64,000 nt of DNA, taken from assembly GCA_000002435.2 (NCBI GenBank), contig CM018790.1; one strand, written 5' to 3'. Every line of letters begins with the position of its first letter. Positions within the stretch are counted from its first letter, which is position 1. Shown here in pieces: positions 20,389 through 29,278 of the stretch. A program made the position numbers and the translations under genes. The notes beneath the pieces were generated by a model, which saw only the letters and a program-made list of their open reading frames with translations, ran no database searches and was not told the origin of the DNA. The DNA comes from Giardia intestinalis (taxonomy: Eukaryota).

Positions 20389-22600
20389 TCGTATTACTGC
20401 ATGGTACTGATCTCAAAAGAAGCGTGACGATGTGTTGTACCTTGACGAAGTCAACACGAGAGAATTGTCCTCTTCCACAGGCAGCTATCAAAAGAGAGGC
20501 AACACTGGCTGCATATTCTGGACCCTCGTGTTCCGCAATAAGACTAACAGCTTCCTTGTTCAGTGCAAAGGCAGACAACTCCAGAGCAGTCTCGCCAGCC
20601 ACAGAACACCGCCCTCCCTCATAAGGAAGTAACAAACATATGTGTTCAATGCACCCTACTTGCGACGCGTACATCAACGCTGTAATACCAGCGGGCGTGC
20701 ACCTGCCCGCCTCTCCCGCCTCGATCAACGCCTTGCACTCGTTCTGCAGGGTCTTACCAGATTGACAAACGCACATGAGAGATGTATTCTGTTCAGCATT
20801 TACCATGCCTGCTTCAATAGATAGCAAAGTAGTATACAAATTGACTAAAGCGTCTACACCCAAGAGGCACGCCTTTGTTAAAAGACCGCGGCGCGATGCG
20901 ATAATAAGAGCGGTGTCTCCAGTGAAAAGGGCATGAAACGAGGCCATGTGAAGTAAGCGACATGCATTTTTAGCCAGCTGAGCAAGTGCTTCGGGATCCT
21001 CCTCCGATTCCGCCATAACGAGCAGAGATTGTAGCATAGTCAGCCCAGTTTGGATTCGTACAAGTTCATGATTCGCTAGGTAGTTTGCGACAGCGCGATA
21101 CCCTCTCTGCATGGCGAAAGTTCCTGCAGTAGTACCATCCTCCGTCATTGTTCCAGCATATTGATCTACAAGCCCAATGACTGCTTGCTCCAGCCCGTTT
21201 AGTGCAGCATACATTAGAGGTGTATAGGCATGCTTTGAAGGTGGTAGAAAGACAGTGGTAGAGGGTGATCTTATAACAGGGCAGCGACGAGTGCCATAAT
21301 GAATGATCCGATTGATTGTCGACGCGGAAATATCTGTTAGATAAGTTGCACTGCTAGATAACCTAGATATGTCTATCAGTGCCTGTACAGCGCTGGTGCC
21401 GTTCAGCCAAAGGTAGCGGAGCGCATACTGGCCATCATTGTCCATGGCATTGAGTGTATCAAGGTTCAACACACAAACCAGATCAAGCCAGCAAGCAGTA
21501 CTTACACGAAGAAAACCATTGATGGCCAAGCGATGCAAGGCCGTCATATTCTTTTGGTCTCTGCGGAGACCTTCGATGTGCAGCAGGAGCCGTGCTTGAG
21601 CCAAATCGCAAGCTTCTAGGGCACGCATATATCTAGTCACACCTTTGCTATCTACTTCCAAGACACCCATTTGTACATCGAGCACAGGTTGCAATGCCGC
21701 TCGCACGGTGTCGTAAGCAGCAGAAAAGTCTATGCGATGGACTGCAAATGGATTGGAAAGCGCCCGAAGCAGGTTAAAAAACCAATCTATTTGCGAAGTA
21801 TTCACGTAATTGTACAGTAACTGCACGCTTGATGAGTTCAGACCTTTGGTTATTTTCTGAACAACCAGGGAATGGAGATAGTGAACCGTGGCATGAAACT
21901 CAGATACGGTGGGAAATTTTAAGGCGACCTTTCTATTGGCAGCTAAGAGCTCTAAGCACAGCATACCCACCTTATGGAGCAGGACCTGAAGTCCACTTGC
22001 ACTGTCCCGCCGGGGCTTTGGTGTACTACACTGACCAGATATGAATTGGCTGAACTTAGGTTCCAACTTAATATACCCGTTGGGGGTCAGCCAGATATTC
22101 GATGGTGTTAAACAATCTGAAAATATGTGCCAGGGAAAGTCTGGCCAAGAGTTACATGAGCGGAGGTAATCGCAAAGACTGAGTAGCTGGACTAAAACGG
22201 AAAGGATAAGGTAAACTGGAAAAGGTCGAGATGCTTTTTTTCGAGAGTGGGTCAGCAACAGGTCAGTGAGCCGCACTGATCCAGTAGGGATCCAAGATGC
22301 AAGCATGAGGGTGTGGAGATAGCGACACGAAGACACCTTAACTACTGCTGGGAGGACTCGTTGTACCACTCCCTCAGACACGGATTGCTTCTGGAAGCTT
22401 GCTGCGCCGCAAAGGGGGAGAGTGTAATGACTAAGTGTTAGTGTAAGGTGGTAAGTCTTGAGCAAGACGCGAATCCCGGCTAGCTGCTTCTTTGTAGATT
22501 GTCTGATAATATGAGAAATATAACGTGGAGACCCATTAACTGCGGATAGAGCGTAGGCCTCTAGCGGACCTGCAAACGCTACGAAAATGTGACGTGTCAC
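20384..22600 (-). CDS. NEK-like pseudokinase with C-terminal ankyrin repeats (protein 21.1-like); first ATG only at 22306
   Basis: Ankyrin repeats (TALMYASQVGCIEHICLLL, TPLMYAALNGLEQAVIGLV, DTALIIASRRGLL). Upstream is a degenerate kinase catalytic-loop / activation segment HIFSDCLTPSNIWLTPNGYIKLEPKFSQF, where HRDLKPENI..DG.IKLGDFG would be expected. Kinase-like similarity continues upstream of the first ATG (codon 99 of the track ORF, which begins with GTG). Confidence 0.6.
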   Translation of the reverse strand: MTRHIFVAFAGPLEAYALSAVNGSPRYISHIIRQSTKKQLAGIRVLLKTYHLTLTLSHYTLPLCGAASFQKQSVSEGVVQRVLPAVVKVSSCRYLHTLMLASWIPTGSVRLTDLLLTHSRKKASRPFPVYLILSVLVQLLSLCDYLRSCNSWPDFPWHIFSDCLTPSNIWLTPNGYIKLEPKFSQFISGQCSTPKPRRDSASGLQVLLHKVGMLCLELLAANRKVALKFPTVSEFHATVHYLHSLVVQKITKGLNSSSVQLLYNYVNTSQIDWFFNLLRALSNPFAVHRIDFSAAYDTVRAALQPVLDVQMGVLEVDSKGVTRYMRALEACDLAQARLLLHIEGLRRDQKNMTALHRLAINGFLRVSTACWLDLVCVLNLDTLNAMDNDGQYALRYLWLNGTSAVQALIDISRLSSSATYLTDISASTINRIIHYGTRRCPVIRSPSTTVFLPPSKHAYTPLMYAALNGLEQAVIGLVDQYAGTMTEDGTTAGTFAMQRGYRAVANYLANHELVRIQTGLTMLQSLLVMAESEEDPEALAQLAKNACRLLHMASFHALFTGDTALIIASRRGLLTKACLLGVDALVNLYTTLLSIEAGMVNAEQNTSLMCVCQSGKTLQNECKALIEAGEAGRCTPAGITALMYASQVGCIEHICLLLPYEGGRCSVAGETALELSAFALNKEAVSLIAEHEGPEYAASVASLLIAACGRGQFSRVDFVKVQHIVTLLLRSVPCSNTK

Positions 22601-22866
22601 AGGCCCAGAATTTTACGGATTGAGATAGGGCCGACAAGCGTGAAAAAAATGTGTTGCAGCATTTGTAAAATAAAAACAGAAGATTTTAAAGGGCAGTTTA
22701 ACATTTCAATGAACTACTATTAGAAAAACCGTGCTATCTACTGGTTGTGTTCACTACTTTATGTGACAGAGGTATTTCGATAAAAGAATTTTCCCTCAGA
22801 GTCTAATTTCTTGGAAAAAAGTTGCTTTTACAGGCGTGAGATCTTTTGAAAACTGTTGAGAGCCAA

Positions 22867-23760
22867 ATGGCGTACAGCGACTGGGCTAAGAGTCAATATA
22901 TGGAGTTGAATGAACTAGGGTGCAACGGAAAGCTTTCCTTACACAGTGCGCGTGTGAGGTCGTCCGGGGACGCGGTTTCCTTCTGGCGCATCGGTATATC
23001 TGGCCTCCCCGATTCTGTACTGGATGCAATCGTCGTGGAAGTCCAGCATGTCAAGGACTATCAGCATCCAGCACTAATAAAGGTAACCAATGTGTATGCT
23101 GATGTAGACGACCTGTATGTGTACATAGAGATGGAACCTGTCAACTGCACCTTGAAGGACTATGCGAAGCAACACATCAGCGCTCAGAGTAAAGTTCCCG
23201 AGCAAGTTGTTTGGGACACGGCAAGCTCTTTATTAGAGGGTCTTTCATACCTTCACTTGCTTGAAAATCCTACCCCGTTTCTATCAACGAGCTCCTCTAG
23301 TCTGATGGATGCTACCAACAACAGTAGAAGCGTTAATATTGTTGGAGTTCACGCCAGTATCACGTCGTCAACCGTCTTAGTAACGCAGGAGGGCCATATA
23401 AAGCTCGGTGTCTTTGGGCTTTCCGCGACCCTCGATGAACTGTATTCGCTCGGATATTATGACGTCCCGCACTGCTTCCGAGCACCTGAGGTGACAAAGT
23501 ACAAGCACAGCTTAAAGAGCGACGTTTGGGCACTTGGAGCAACCCTTGTGGATATGTGCGTGGGAACGCTTTCTTCTCGTGATGACTTCCCGGTCAATCC
23601 TGGCTCATTGGAGCACCCAGATCTTTCAGACTATCTAGCGCAATATACACCAAGGCTTAGAAAGTTCCTAGGTGTGTGTCTGCGCTTCGATGTGACAAAG
23701 AGGCATCTGACTAATGGGTTGATGGACGAGCTGGCTAGTCTGAAACCGAACGGAGTGTAA
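22867..23760 (+). CDS. Kinase-like protein lacking catalytic motifs (probable NEK-type pseudokinase)
   Basis: HIKLGVFGLSA is present where DFG would be. APEV and SDVWALGATLVDM match subdomains VIII/IX. There is no Gly-rich loop or HRD motif. The ATG at 22867 is codon 8 of the track ORF (TTG at 22846). Confidence 0.5.
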   Translation: MAYSDWAKSQYMELNELGCNGKLSLHSARVRSSGDAVSFWRIGISGLPDSVLDAIVVEVQHVKDYQHPALIKVTNVYADVDDLYVYIEMEPVNCTLKDYAKQHISAQSKVPEQVVWDTASSLLEGLSYLHLLENPTPFLSTSSSSLMDATNNSRSVNIVGVHASITSSTVLVTQEGHIKLGVFGLSATLDELYSLGYYDVPHCFRAPEVTKYKHSLKSDVWALGATLVDMCVGTLSSRDDFPVNPGSLEHPDLSDYLAQYTPRLRKFLGVCLRFDVTKRHLTNGLMDELASLKPNGV

Positions 23761-23802
23761 ATGTGTCATTTTGCTGCGTGGCCTCTGCATGTACGCGTGG
23801 GT

Positions 23803-25188
23803 TCACCCATAAGCTGTTCTAGGTACCCTCTGTTTGAGGGACTCGACAATATCGGTAAGGTAGAAGACTTGAGCTTTCAATTCAAGCACTTCCGATCGCG
23901 TCTTGTGAAGCTCTTGCTCAAGCTGTATGTTTCGGCCTTTGAGAAGAGCCATCTCGCTTTGCAAAGCTTTGACGCCTAAAGGCACAATTTCTTGATTGCA
24001 GTGAGCTCCAGGCTTGCTCTGTGGACCAACAGGCGCAGTGTTACTGGAAGCATTAGCCGATACCGATCTATATGCCTTCTGAGTCTTGGTATTGCTGCCT
24101 CGCGCGGGAGAAAGCGCCGTTAGAGTATAGTTCATGGTTGGGGTTGCTGCTCTCTGGCTGGATGAAGATCTTCGAGTCAGCATTCGCGACAAAGTTCCCT
24201 CTATGAGTGGTATGTTAGATACCTGCAAAGACCCATTGAGCGAAAAGAGAGGGTTCTTGGTAAAAAGGGCTCGGGGTGTACTAGGCTGAGCTCCATTCGG
24301 ATGAAACTCTGCTTGTGGAATAGGGATCGTGCTGGATGATTCTGTTTTGCAAGCATTGATACGATAGAGAATGTCGATAATTTCCTCTGGGAGGTCAATC
24401 GACCCCGTCCGCATAATAATCCTGCACAGCTTCTTGTGGACCACACCAGTGACATCAGTAAAAAGCGCTGGGCGTATATTGGACGGAAACATAATGAACA
24501 CTCCGCTTATAGAGTCGTACACCCTGACCAACTCTCGACCCGATGCTTGGAAAAAACTCAAGATATACCTGTTTTGGAAGATAACTGTCATGTGGTAGGC
24601 ATCACAAACAGCGTCATCTACTATCAGCTCGTTGACGGTGATTTTGTTTCCCTTCTTGAGAAGCTTGAGAATGCCCAGCTCGCTATGAGTACCCTTCCTG
24701 CGAAGGACAAGTAGCAATATGGTTCCCTCAAAGCTATGTGCAAAGAGCGGAACACCATTTATATCTATGTCAGTAGATGAGAAGATATGTGTTTCAAGCT
24801 CAAAGACGTAGACCCTTGAGTGGCCTGGAGCGGACGCTACAGTAGTTTCCGTGAGGATAATGTATATGTGGCTGTGCGTAGCGGCAATAACACCTTGGTG
24901 GCCCACCGGACCTGACCCTATGGCCTTGAAACTTAGGGTAGAGTCTATTAAGAAGAGGCTGCCCTGGGACAATTGATAAAGATAAGCAGTACACGCAGCT
25001 CTGTCTCTTGCTAAGTCAGGGCTTATAGACTCATGTGTCCACGTGAAGACGCAGGTCTCGCGGTCGACGTTTGCAAGTCTCGAAGGAACAATTGCGGGCG
25101 TGTGCTCCCATGTACCTGTGCTTGACATCTTCAGTACACGGGTGCACCCCCTACTAAGAGCGTATAGCTGTCCATTCAGTGAAAACAT
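23803..25188 (-). CDS. Hypothetical protein (461 aa) with C-terminal coiled coil
   Basis: ATG at 25188 (CAT at 25186-25188). The C-terminus reads MALLKGRNIQLEQELHKTRSEVLELKAQVFYLTDIVESLKQR. The N-terminal 300 aa are unassigned. Confidence 0.45.
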   Translation of the reverse strand: MFSLNGQLYALSRGCTRVLKMSSTGTWEHTPAIVPSRLANVDRETCVFTWTHESISPDLARDRAACTAYLYQLSQGSLFLIDSTLSFKAIGSGPVGHQGVIAATHSHIYIILTETTVASAPGHSRVYVFELETHIFSSTDIDINGVPLFAHSFEGTILLLVLRRKGTHSELGILKLLKKGNKITVNELIVDDAVCDAYHMTVIFQNRYILSFFQASGRELVRVYDSISGVFIMFPSNIRPALFTDVTGVVHKKLCRIIMRTGSIDLPEEIIDILYRINACKTESSSTIPIPQAEFHPNGAQPSTPRALFTKNPLFSLNGSLQVSNIPLIEGTLSRMLTRRSSSSQRAATPTMNYTLTALSPARGSNTKTQKAYRSVSANASSNTAPVGPQSKPGAHCNQEIVPLGVKALQSEMALLKGRNIQLEQELHKTRSEVLELKAQVFYLTDIVESLKQRVPRTAYG

Positions 25189-25204
25189 CCTCCAAAGTCT
25201 GATT

Positions 25205-25211
25205 GTTTACT
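25205..25211 (-). promoter_or_regulatory. AGTAAAC poly(A)-signal motif about 25 nt 3' of the cytochrome b5 stop
   Basis: The + strand GTTTACT at 25205-25211. The cyt b5 stop (TTA on the + strand) is at 25236-25238. Confidence 0.4.
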
Positions 25212-25235
25212 TTCTCGCCCAGGAGCTCTAAAATA

Positions 25236-25631
25236 TTAGGCCGGCGACCCTCTTCTAAGATCTCTGGTTCTCAGAGCATCATAGTCATAGCCTTGCAGAA
25301 GACGTGGAGGTCCTTGAAGCATTCCTATGTGCAAGGGTTCTATCATCTTGTGTATACCCACCCAGGAGTGAGCCACATTGCACGCTTCCGTAATATCATA
25401 GCCAAAGAAGGGGCGCAGAATGTCTTTTCCAGCAGGATGCCAGTCTAAATATTGCGTGATGTCGTAGACACGACCACGGTAGGTGACCCAACAGTCATCC
25501 TCTGAACGATGCTCATAAACCTGGTTTGCCGTGTAATTGGTATTGGCTGCTACATGCGCCGGGACTCCCTTAATCCGCCTGTGCTGCATGAGAAACGCCA
25601 CTCCAGATGGGCGACCATGATGTTCACTCAT
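25236..25631 (-). CDS. Cytochrome b5-like haem-binding protein (131 aa)
   Basis: HRSEDDCWVTYRGRVYDITQYLDWHPAGKDIL...GYDITEA...HS matches the cytochrome b5 fold (H...DD.W..I.G.VYD.T.FL..HPGG...L...G.DAT..F...HS), including both axial His positions. Confidence 0.7.
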   Translation of the reverse strand: MSEHHGRPSGVAFLMQHRRIKGVPAHVAANTNYTANQVYEHRSEDDCWVTYRGRVYDITQYLDWHPAGKDILRPFFGYDITEACNVAHSWVGIHKMIEPLHIGMLQGPPRLLQGYDYDALRTRDLRRGSPA

Positions 25632-25658
25632 TAAAATTATGGTGAAATTCCTGTGACT

Positions 25659-25690
25659 TTGGACGTGACCTTGGACGTGACCTTGGACGG
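25659..25690. repeat. Tandem 12-bp repeat TTGGACGTGACC x2.7, located -28 to -59 of the cytochrome b5 ATG and 3' of the DJ-1 gene
   Basis: Two perfect copies at 25659-25670 and 25671-25682, plus a partial copy TTGGACGG at 25683-25690. The minus-strand reading is GGTCACGTCCAA. Confidence 0.6.
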
Positions 25691-25703
25691 AGCCCCGTAC
25701 CTT

Positions 25704-26264
25704 CTACTTGTCAATAAGATGCAAAAGCATCCCCTTCGTTACTTCAGCATGCTTCTCTGGAGTCACAAGCAATTCCAGGGCCTTGACAGCGAAGAGAAGA
25801 GCTGTCGCTGGCCCCTGGGAAGTTAGGAACTTGCCGTCAACCACAACAGGCTCGTCGACGAATTGAGCACCGTTTGCAACTAGCCCGTCCTTCATGGCAG
25901 GATAGCAGGTTGCACGCTTGTCCTTCAAAAGACCCCATGACGCTAGGGAAGCAGAGGGGGCCGCGCATATAGCCATGACCCACTTGCCGTGCCGGCTGTG
26001 ATTCTCCGTTAAAGCCTTGATAACACCATTCGTTTGCATTTCCTTCCAGCCAGGTCCGCCAGGTAGCACAATGGCGTCATAGAGCGTGTTGCCAATCTCA
26101 GAGACCAGGGCGTCCGTGTGTACAGTGACCCCGTGAGCACCCTTTTGGACTTTCTCGGTGCCTGCAAGTGTCACAGACACTCCGCCACGACGGAGAACGT
26201 CCACCACTGTGACACACTCGATGGGCTCGAAGCCTTCGACAACGCAGACAAGTGCAGAGGGCAT
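25704..26264 (-). CDS. DJ-1/PfpI (ThiJ) family protein (186 aa)
   Basis: Class I glutamine amidotransferase-like fold with the nucleophile elbow AICAAP (DJ-1 Cys106 context AICAGP). Also VLPGGPG and the C-terminal helix typical of DJ-1. ATG at 26264. Confidence 0.8.
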   Translation of the reverse strand: MPSALVCVVEGFEPIECVTVVDVLRRGGVSVTLAGTEKVQKGAHGVTVHTDALVSEIGNTLYDAIVLPGGPGWKEMQTNGVIKALTENHSRHGKWVMAICAAPSASLASWGLLKDKRATCYPAMKDGLVANGAQFVDEPVVVDGKFLTSQGPATALLFAVKALELLVTPEKHAEVTKGMLLHLIDK

Positions 26265-26336
26265 GGATTTGAAAAGATATTAAAGCATCTTCTTAAAATG
26301 GCGATAGTAAAGAGTATTATCGCAATATCATTTTAA

Positions 26337-26843
26337 ATGCAAGCAATCAACTTGTCTGATCTCCCCCCAGACGCGCGCATTGAGAATGAGCGATCGATAG
26401 AAGAGAGGTGGGCGGAGACGGCTGCGAAGTATGCCGAGATAATAGAAAAGCTTCTAGTTTCTGCAGGCCGCAAATCAATAGATCACCTTCACCGGATGCG
26501 CTTTACTCCCATGGATAATGAGATGTACCGGATCTTCAGAACAGCATTTCCTGAGCTGAATGTTAAGTGCATTGATGTGGCCAGTCTGAAGTCTGCAGAA
26601 GAAAAGGCGAAGTGGTATTTGATATTGGAGAGCTGGAAGGATTCTCTCAAGGATTACAATACGGGAACACTTTTAAGAATTGACTGCGCCGCCCCCCTTT
26701 CCCCAGAGAATTCCTGCATCGTTCCTCGCAGTCAGTTCTATTGCATAGAGATTGCGCGCTGCCGTGAGGGTCTAAATGATGAGTTCGTCCAGTCAGTTAT
26801 CGATGGAAGGCAGACCACTGCGAAGCTCGATTCACATGCATGA
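26337..26843 (+). CDS. PBDC1: PBDC1 homologue (polysaccharide-biosynthesis-domain-containing protein 1, DUF757)
   Basis: DVASLKSAEEKAKWYLILESWKDSLKDYNTGTLLRIDCAAPLSPENSCIVPRSQFYCIEIARCREGLN aligns with human PBDC1 LDPEELKSESAKEKWRPFCLKFNGIVEDFNYGTLLRLDCSQGYTEENTIFAPRIQFFAIEIARNREGYN. Confidence 0.75.
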   Translation: MQAINLSDLPPDARIENERSIEERWAETAAKYAEIIEKLLVSAGRKSIDHLHRMRFTPMDNEMYRIFRTAFPELNVKCIDVASLKSAEEKAKWYLILESWKDSLKDYNTGTLLRIDCAAPLSPENSCIVPRSQFYCIEIARCREGLNDEFVQSVIDGRQTTAKLDSHA

Positions 26844-26896
26844 GGGCAATCTGCCAACAGGGATAGCAGAGGAGGATAAGTGTTAAGGAATAAACT

Positions 26897-27757
26897 ATGT
26901 GTACGTGCTTTTCCAATATTAGGTCCATCACCCCTGGCCCAGGAAGCTATGAGGCAACACCGTTCAGCGTCTACAAGCCTCGCACACCGTCGGTTCACAT
27001 CTCTACGCGGCTGAAGAGTGGCAAGCGCGATGGCCCGGGGCCGGGAAGATATGATTTCAACGAGCTTTCTTCTTCGTTTCTGTCGGGTATACAGAGCCAC
27101 AATTCCTCTCAGCAACTAACCAAGGCTCAGCTGACCCGAGCTCATCTGTCAGACTTTGGAGGAACGCAGTCAGGGATGCTAAGCGCGGATAGCTCTTACC
27201 TGAGTGCTACAATGAGTAGATCGACCACCCCGATCCTCATATACTCAGAGGACATGCAGACAACGGCCCAGACCGAACTAAGCAGGAGCAGCACCCACAC
27301 TAAGGCACCAGCACACTCCTTTGGCGCTTGTGGTCGCTCAGCAGGGGGGCCGTTTGACGTTAGATACGCCATGGATTTCTCGAACATAGGACCGAAATAC
27401 ACCCCCAAAACGTCCCTTACTAAGACGGCAAGCCCTGCTATACACATCGGGTCGCGGCTTCCAGACCTTTCCGCGCGGTCTAATACCCCCGGGCCTGGGA
27501 GTTACTCCCTAGACAGAAATCCGGACTTTTCGGTACAATCTAGAGCAGATATCATTAGGAGGCGTGCCCTTCTTGCATCTCGCTCCAAGAGACAGGCTGA
27601 TAACGTTGCTAGTTCAGTGTCTGAGAAGTTTATACCAGAAGCCTCCAAGCCGCGAAGCTACTGTCCTCATCTCTCAACAACTATACTACCAAGCGTCCGA
27701 GGCCCTGCATTTACCCTTTCCAGTCGCACGCCCCTGCGGATTTTCGGCCAGTATTAG
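26897..27757 (+). CDS. SHIPPO / STPGR (sperm-tail PG-rich repeat) protein, 286 aa
   Basis: Repeated PGPGxY motifs (TPGPGSYEAT, GPGPGRYDF, TPGPGSYSLD) and ...FS..R repeat ends, typical of the ODF3/SHIPPO family. ATG at 26897. Confidence 0.7.
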   Translation: MCTCFSNIRSITPGPGSYEATPFSVYKPRTPSVHISTRLKSGKRDGPGPGRYDFNELSSSFLSGIQSHNSSQQLTKAQLTRAHLSDFGGTQSGMLSADSSYLSATMSRSTTPILIYSEDMQTTAQTELSRSSTHTKAPAHSFGACGRSAGGPFDVRYAMDFSNIGPKYTPKTSLTKTASPAIHIGSRLPDLSARSNTPGPGSYSLDRNPDFSVQSRADIIRRRALLASRSKRQADNVASSVSEKFIPEASKPRSYCPHLSTTILPSVRGPAFTLSSRTPLRIFGQY

Positions 27758-27769
27758 CCGCAGAGTTAA

Positions 27770-29260
27770 AAATCCACGCCCACTTTCTTTGATTGTATTA
27801 AGGGCTCTACCCCAGGCCCTGGATCGTATGATGTCCCGGTACTGGATTTTATACAGCCATCTACCCCATCATTTAGCATAGGCTTGAAGCACCCTACTCC
27901 AAGGGATTTGACTCCGGGCCCAGGAACATACAACGTAAACCAGGGGGACGAAGCAATGCGTAAGGGCCCCAAGAACCTCACTATTGGAGTTAAGCTACCA
28001 GACCATCACATACAGGAGACTCCAGGACCAGGGACCTATGAAACCCAACGGGCTTTTGAGGTAAAGCCAAAGGCACTCTCGTTCTCCGACAGGCATGCAG
28101 ATCCTTATGAGCAAGAACGCCTAATGACGCCGAGTCCGACACGTTACAACCCGTCTTTATCCCTGAAGCAGGTTCAGGATAAGGTTTTGCCATGCACGTT
28201 CAAGTCCAGCGTGACTCCACGAGGCCCATTTGATGATCTGGCCCACACGCCAGGTCCGTCAGCATACTCTGTCAATGACAGCATGACAACACCTCGTGCA
28301 AGCAGGGCTTGTATCGGAAATAAGCAACCGGTTAGCTATGACAATCAGGTCCCTGGCCCTGGTTCATATGATAATGTTATGAAAGAGTACATAGAGATGA
28401 CGACACCATCATCTCCTGCTTTCACTCTGCACGGGAAGCTTGAACACGGCGGACCATTTGACGTTCATGCGGTGAGGGAATATGCCTCCGTAGGCCCAGG
28501 AACATACACACTGGACAAGCTCGTTAGCAACGGCGGACTTATTTTGCCCCACGCTGCCAATCTTTCTGGTAGACATCCCGATCCTCTCGAAAGGGAAAAA
28601 CAGCTTACGCCAGGCCCGGGCTCATATTTCAAGGAAGGCGCTGGCGCACAGACAACTCCGCAATACGATCCGCTGGGGACCAAGGGATGCAAATTTGGAG
28701 TACGGCCTGCAGATCTTACCTTCATCTCATCACAGTCTGGATTAGGAACACATGATAATACTGCCGTGGGTCCAGGGACTTACACACCTAGATCAGTGAC
28801 TCCGCGCACTCCTGGGGGCGTACTGAGCTTCAAGCACGCAAATCCTTTACGAACCCTTGGAGATGGGCCTGGTAAATATGATATTAGCAGCGCAGTTACC
28901 GCAACGCTTCCCTCGTCACCGCAGCCGACTATGCATAACGGTCGGGCCAACGACTTAAACAGCCCATTTACAACCCGCTTTGATTGCAGCTGCCTAGGTG
29001 GGCCTGGTACATATGCTTTGGGGGAGAAGCTTCGAGGTAGTAGGCTTCGGGGTGCGCGCGCACTGATCTCTAGCGACACTTCACGAGGGTCTTCTAGTGG
29101 TAGGGTAGGCCCATCAATTGGGATACGATATACACGGATACGGCAGCAGAATACTCCTGGGCCGGGTGAGTATGACATATCTTCAGCGCCGCGTGGACCC
29201 TCGTTCTCATTTAGATCCCGCACCCCTTTGGCGGTAGGAACAGGTGAGCCTATGAAGTAA
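27770..29260 (+). CDS. Second SHIPPO / STPGR repeat protein, in the SAME frame as the preceding one (open from 27770; first ATG 27956; track start 27884 is TTG)
   Basis: At least 10 PGPGxY repeats (STPGPGSYDV, TPGPGTYNV, TPGPGTYET, VPGPGSYDN, GPGTYTL, TPGPGSYFK, GPGTYTP, GPGKYDI, GPGTYAL, TPGPGEYDI). The frame is separated from the upstream SHIPPO ORF only by TAG (27755-27757) and TAA (27767-27769). Confidence 0.65.
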   Translation, partial: KSTPTFFDCIKGSTPGPGSYDVPVLDFIQPSTPSFSIGLKHPTPRDLTPGPGTYNVNQGDEAMRKGPKNLTIGVKLPDHHIQETPGPGTYETQRAFEVKPKALSFSDRHADPYEQERLMTPSPTRYNPSLSLKQVQDKVLPCTFKSSVTPRGPFDDLAHTPGPSAYSVNDSMTTPRASRACIGNKQPVSYDNQVPGPGSYDNVMKEYIEMTTPSSPAFTLHGKLEHGGPFDVHAVREYASVGPGTYTLDKLVSNGGLILPHAANLSGRHPDPLEREKQLTPGPGSYFKEGAGAQTTPQYDPLGTKGCKFGVRPADLTFISSQSGLGTHDNTAVGPGTYTPRSVTPRTPGGVLSFKHANPLRTLGDGPGKYDISSAVTATLPSSPQPTMHNGRANDLNSPFTTRFDCSCLGGPGTYALGEKLRGSRLRGARALISSDTSRGSSSGRVGPSIGIRYTRIRQQNTPGPGEYDISSAPRGPSFSFRSRTPLAVGTGEPMK

Positions 29261-29278
29261 TACTGCTACTCCCTTCTG

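Noticed and set aside
26897-29260. Hexamitinae-style alternative genetic code (TAA/TAG = Gln) as the explanation for the in-frame SHIPPO stops
   Set aside because: Across the window, TAA and TAG terminate genes exactly where neighbouring genes and AGTRAAY motifs begin. Multi-kb ORFs, including the 10.8-kb one, contain no in-frame TAA or TAG at all. That would be essentially impossible if these codons encoded a common amino acid.
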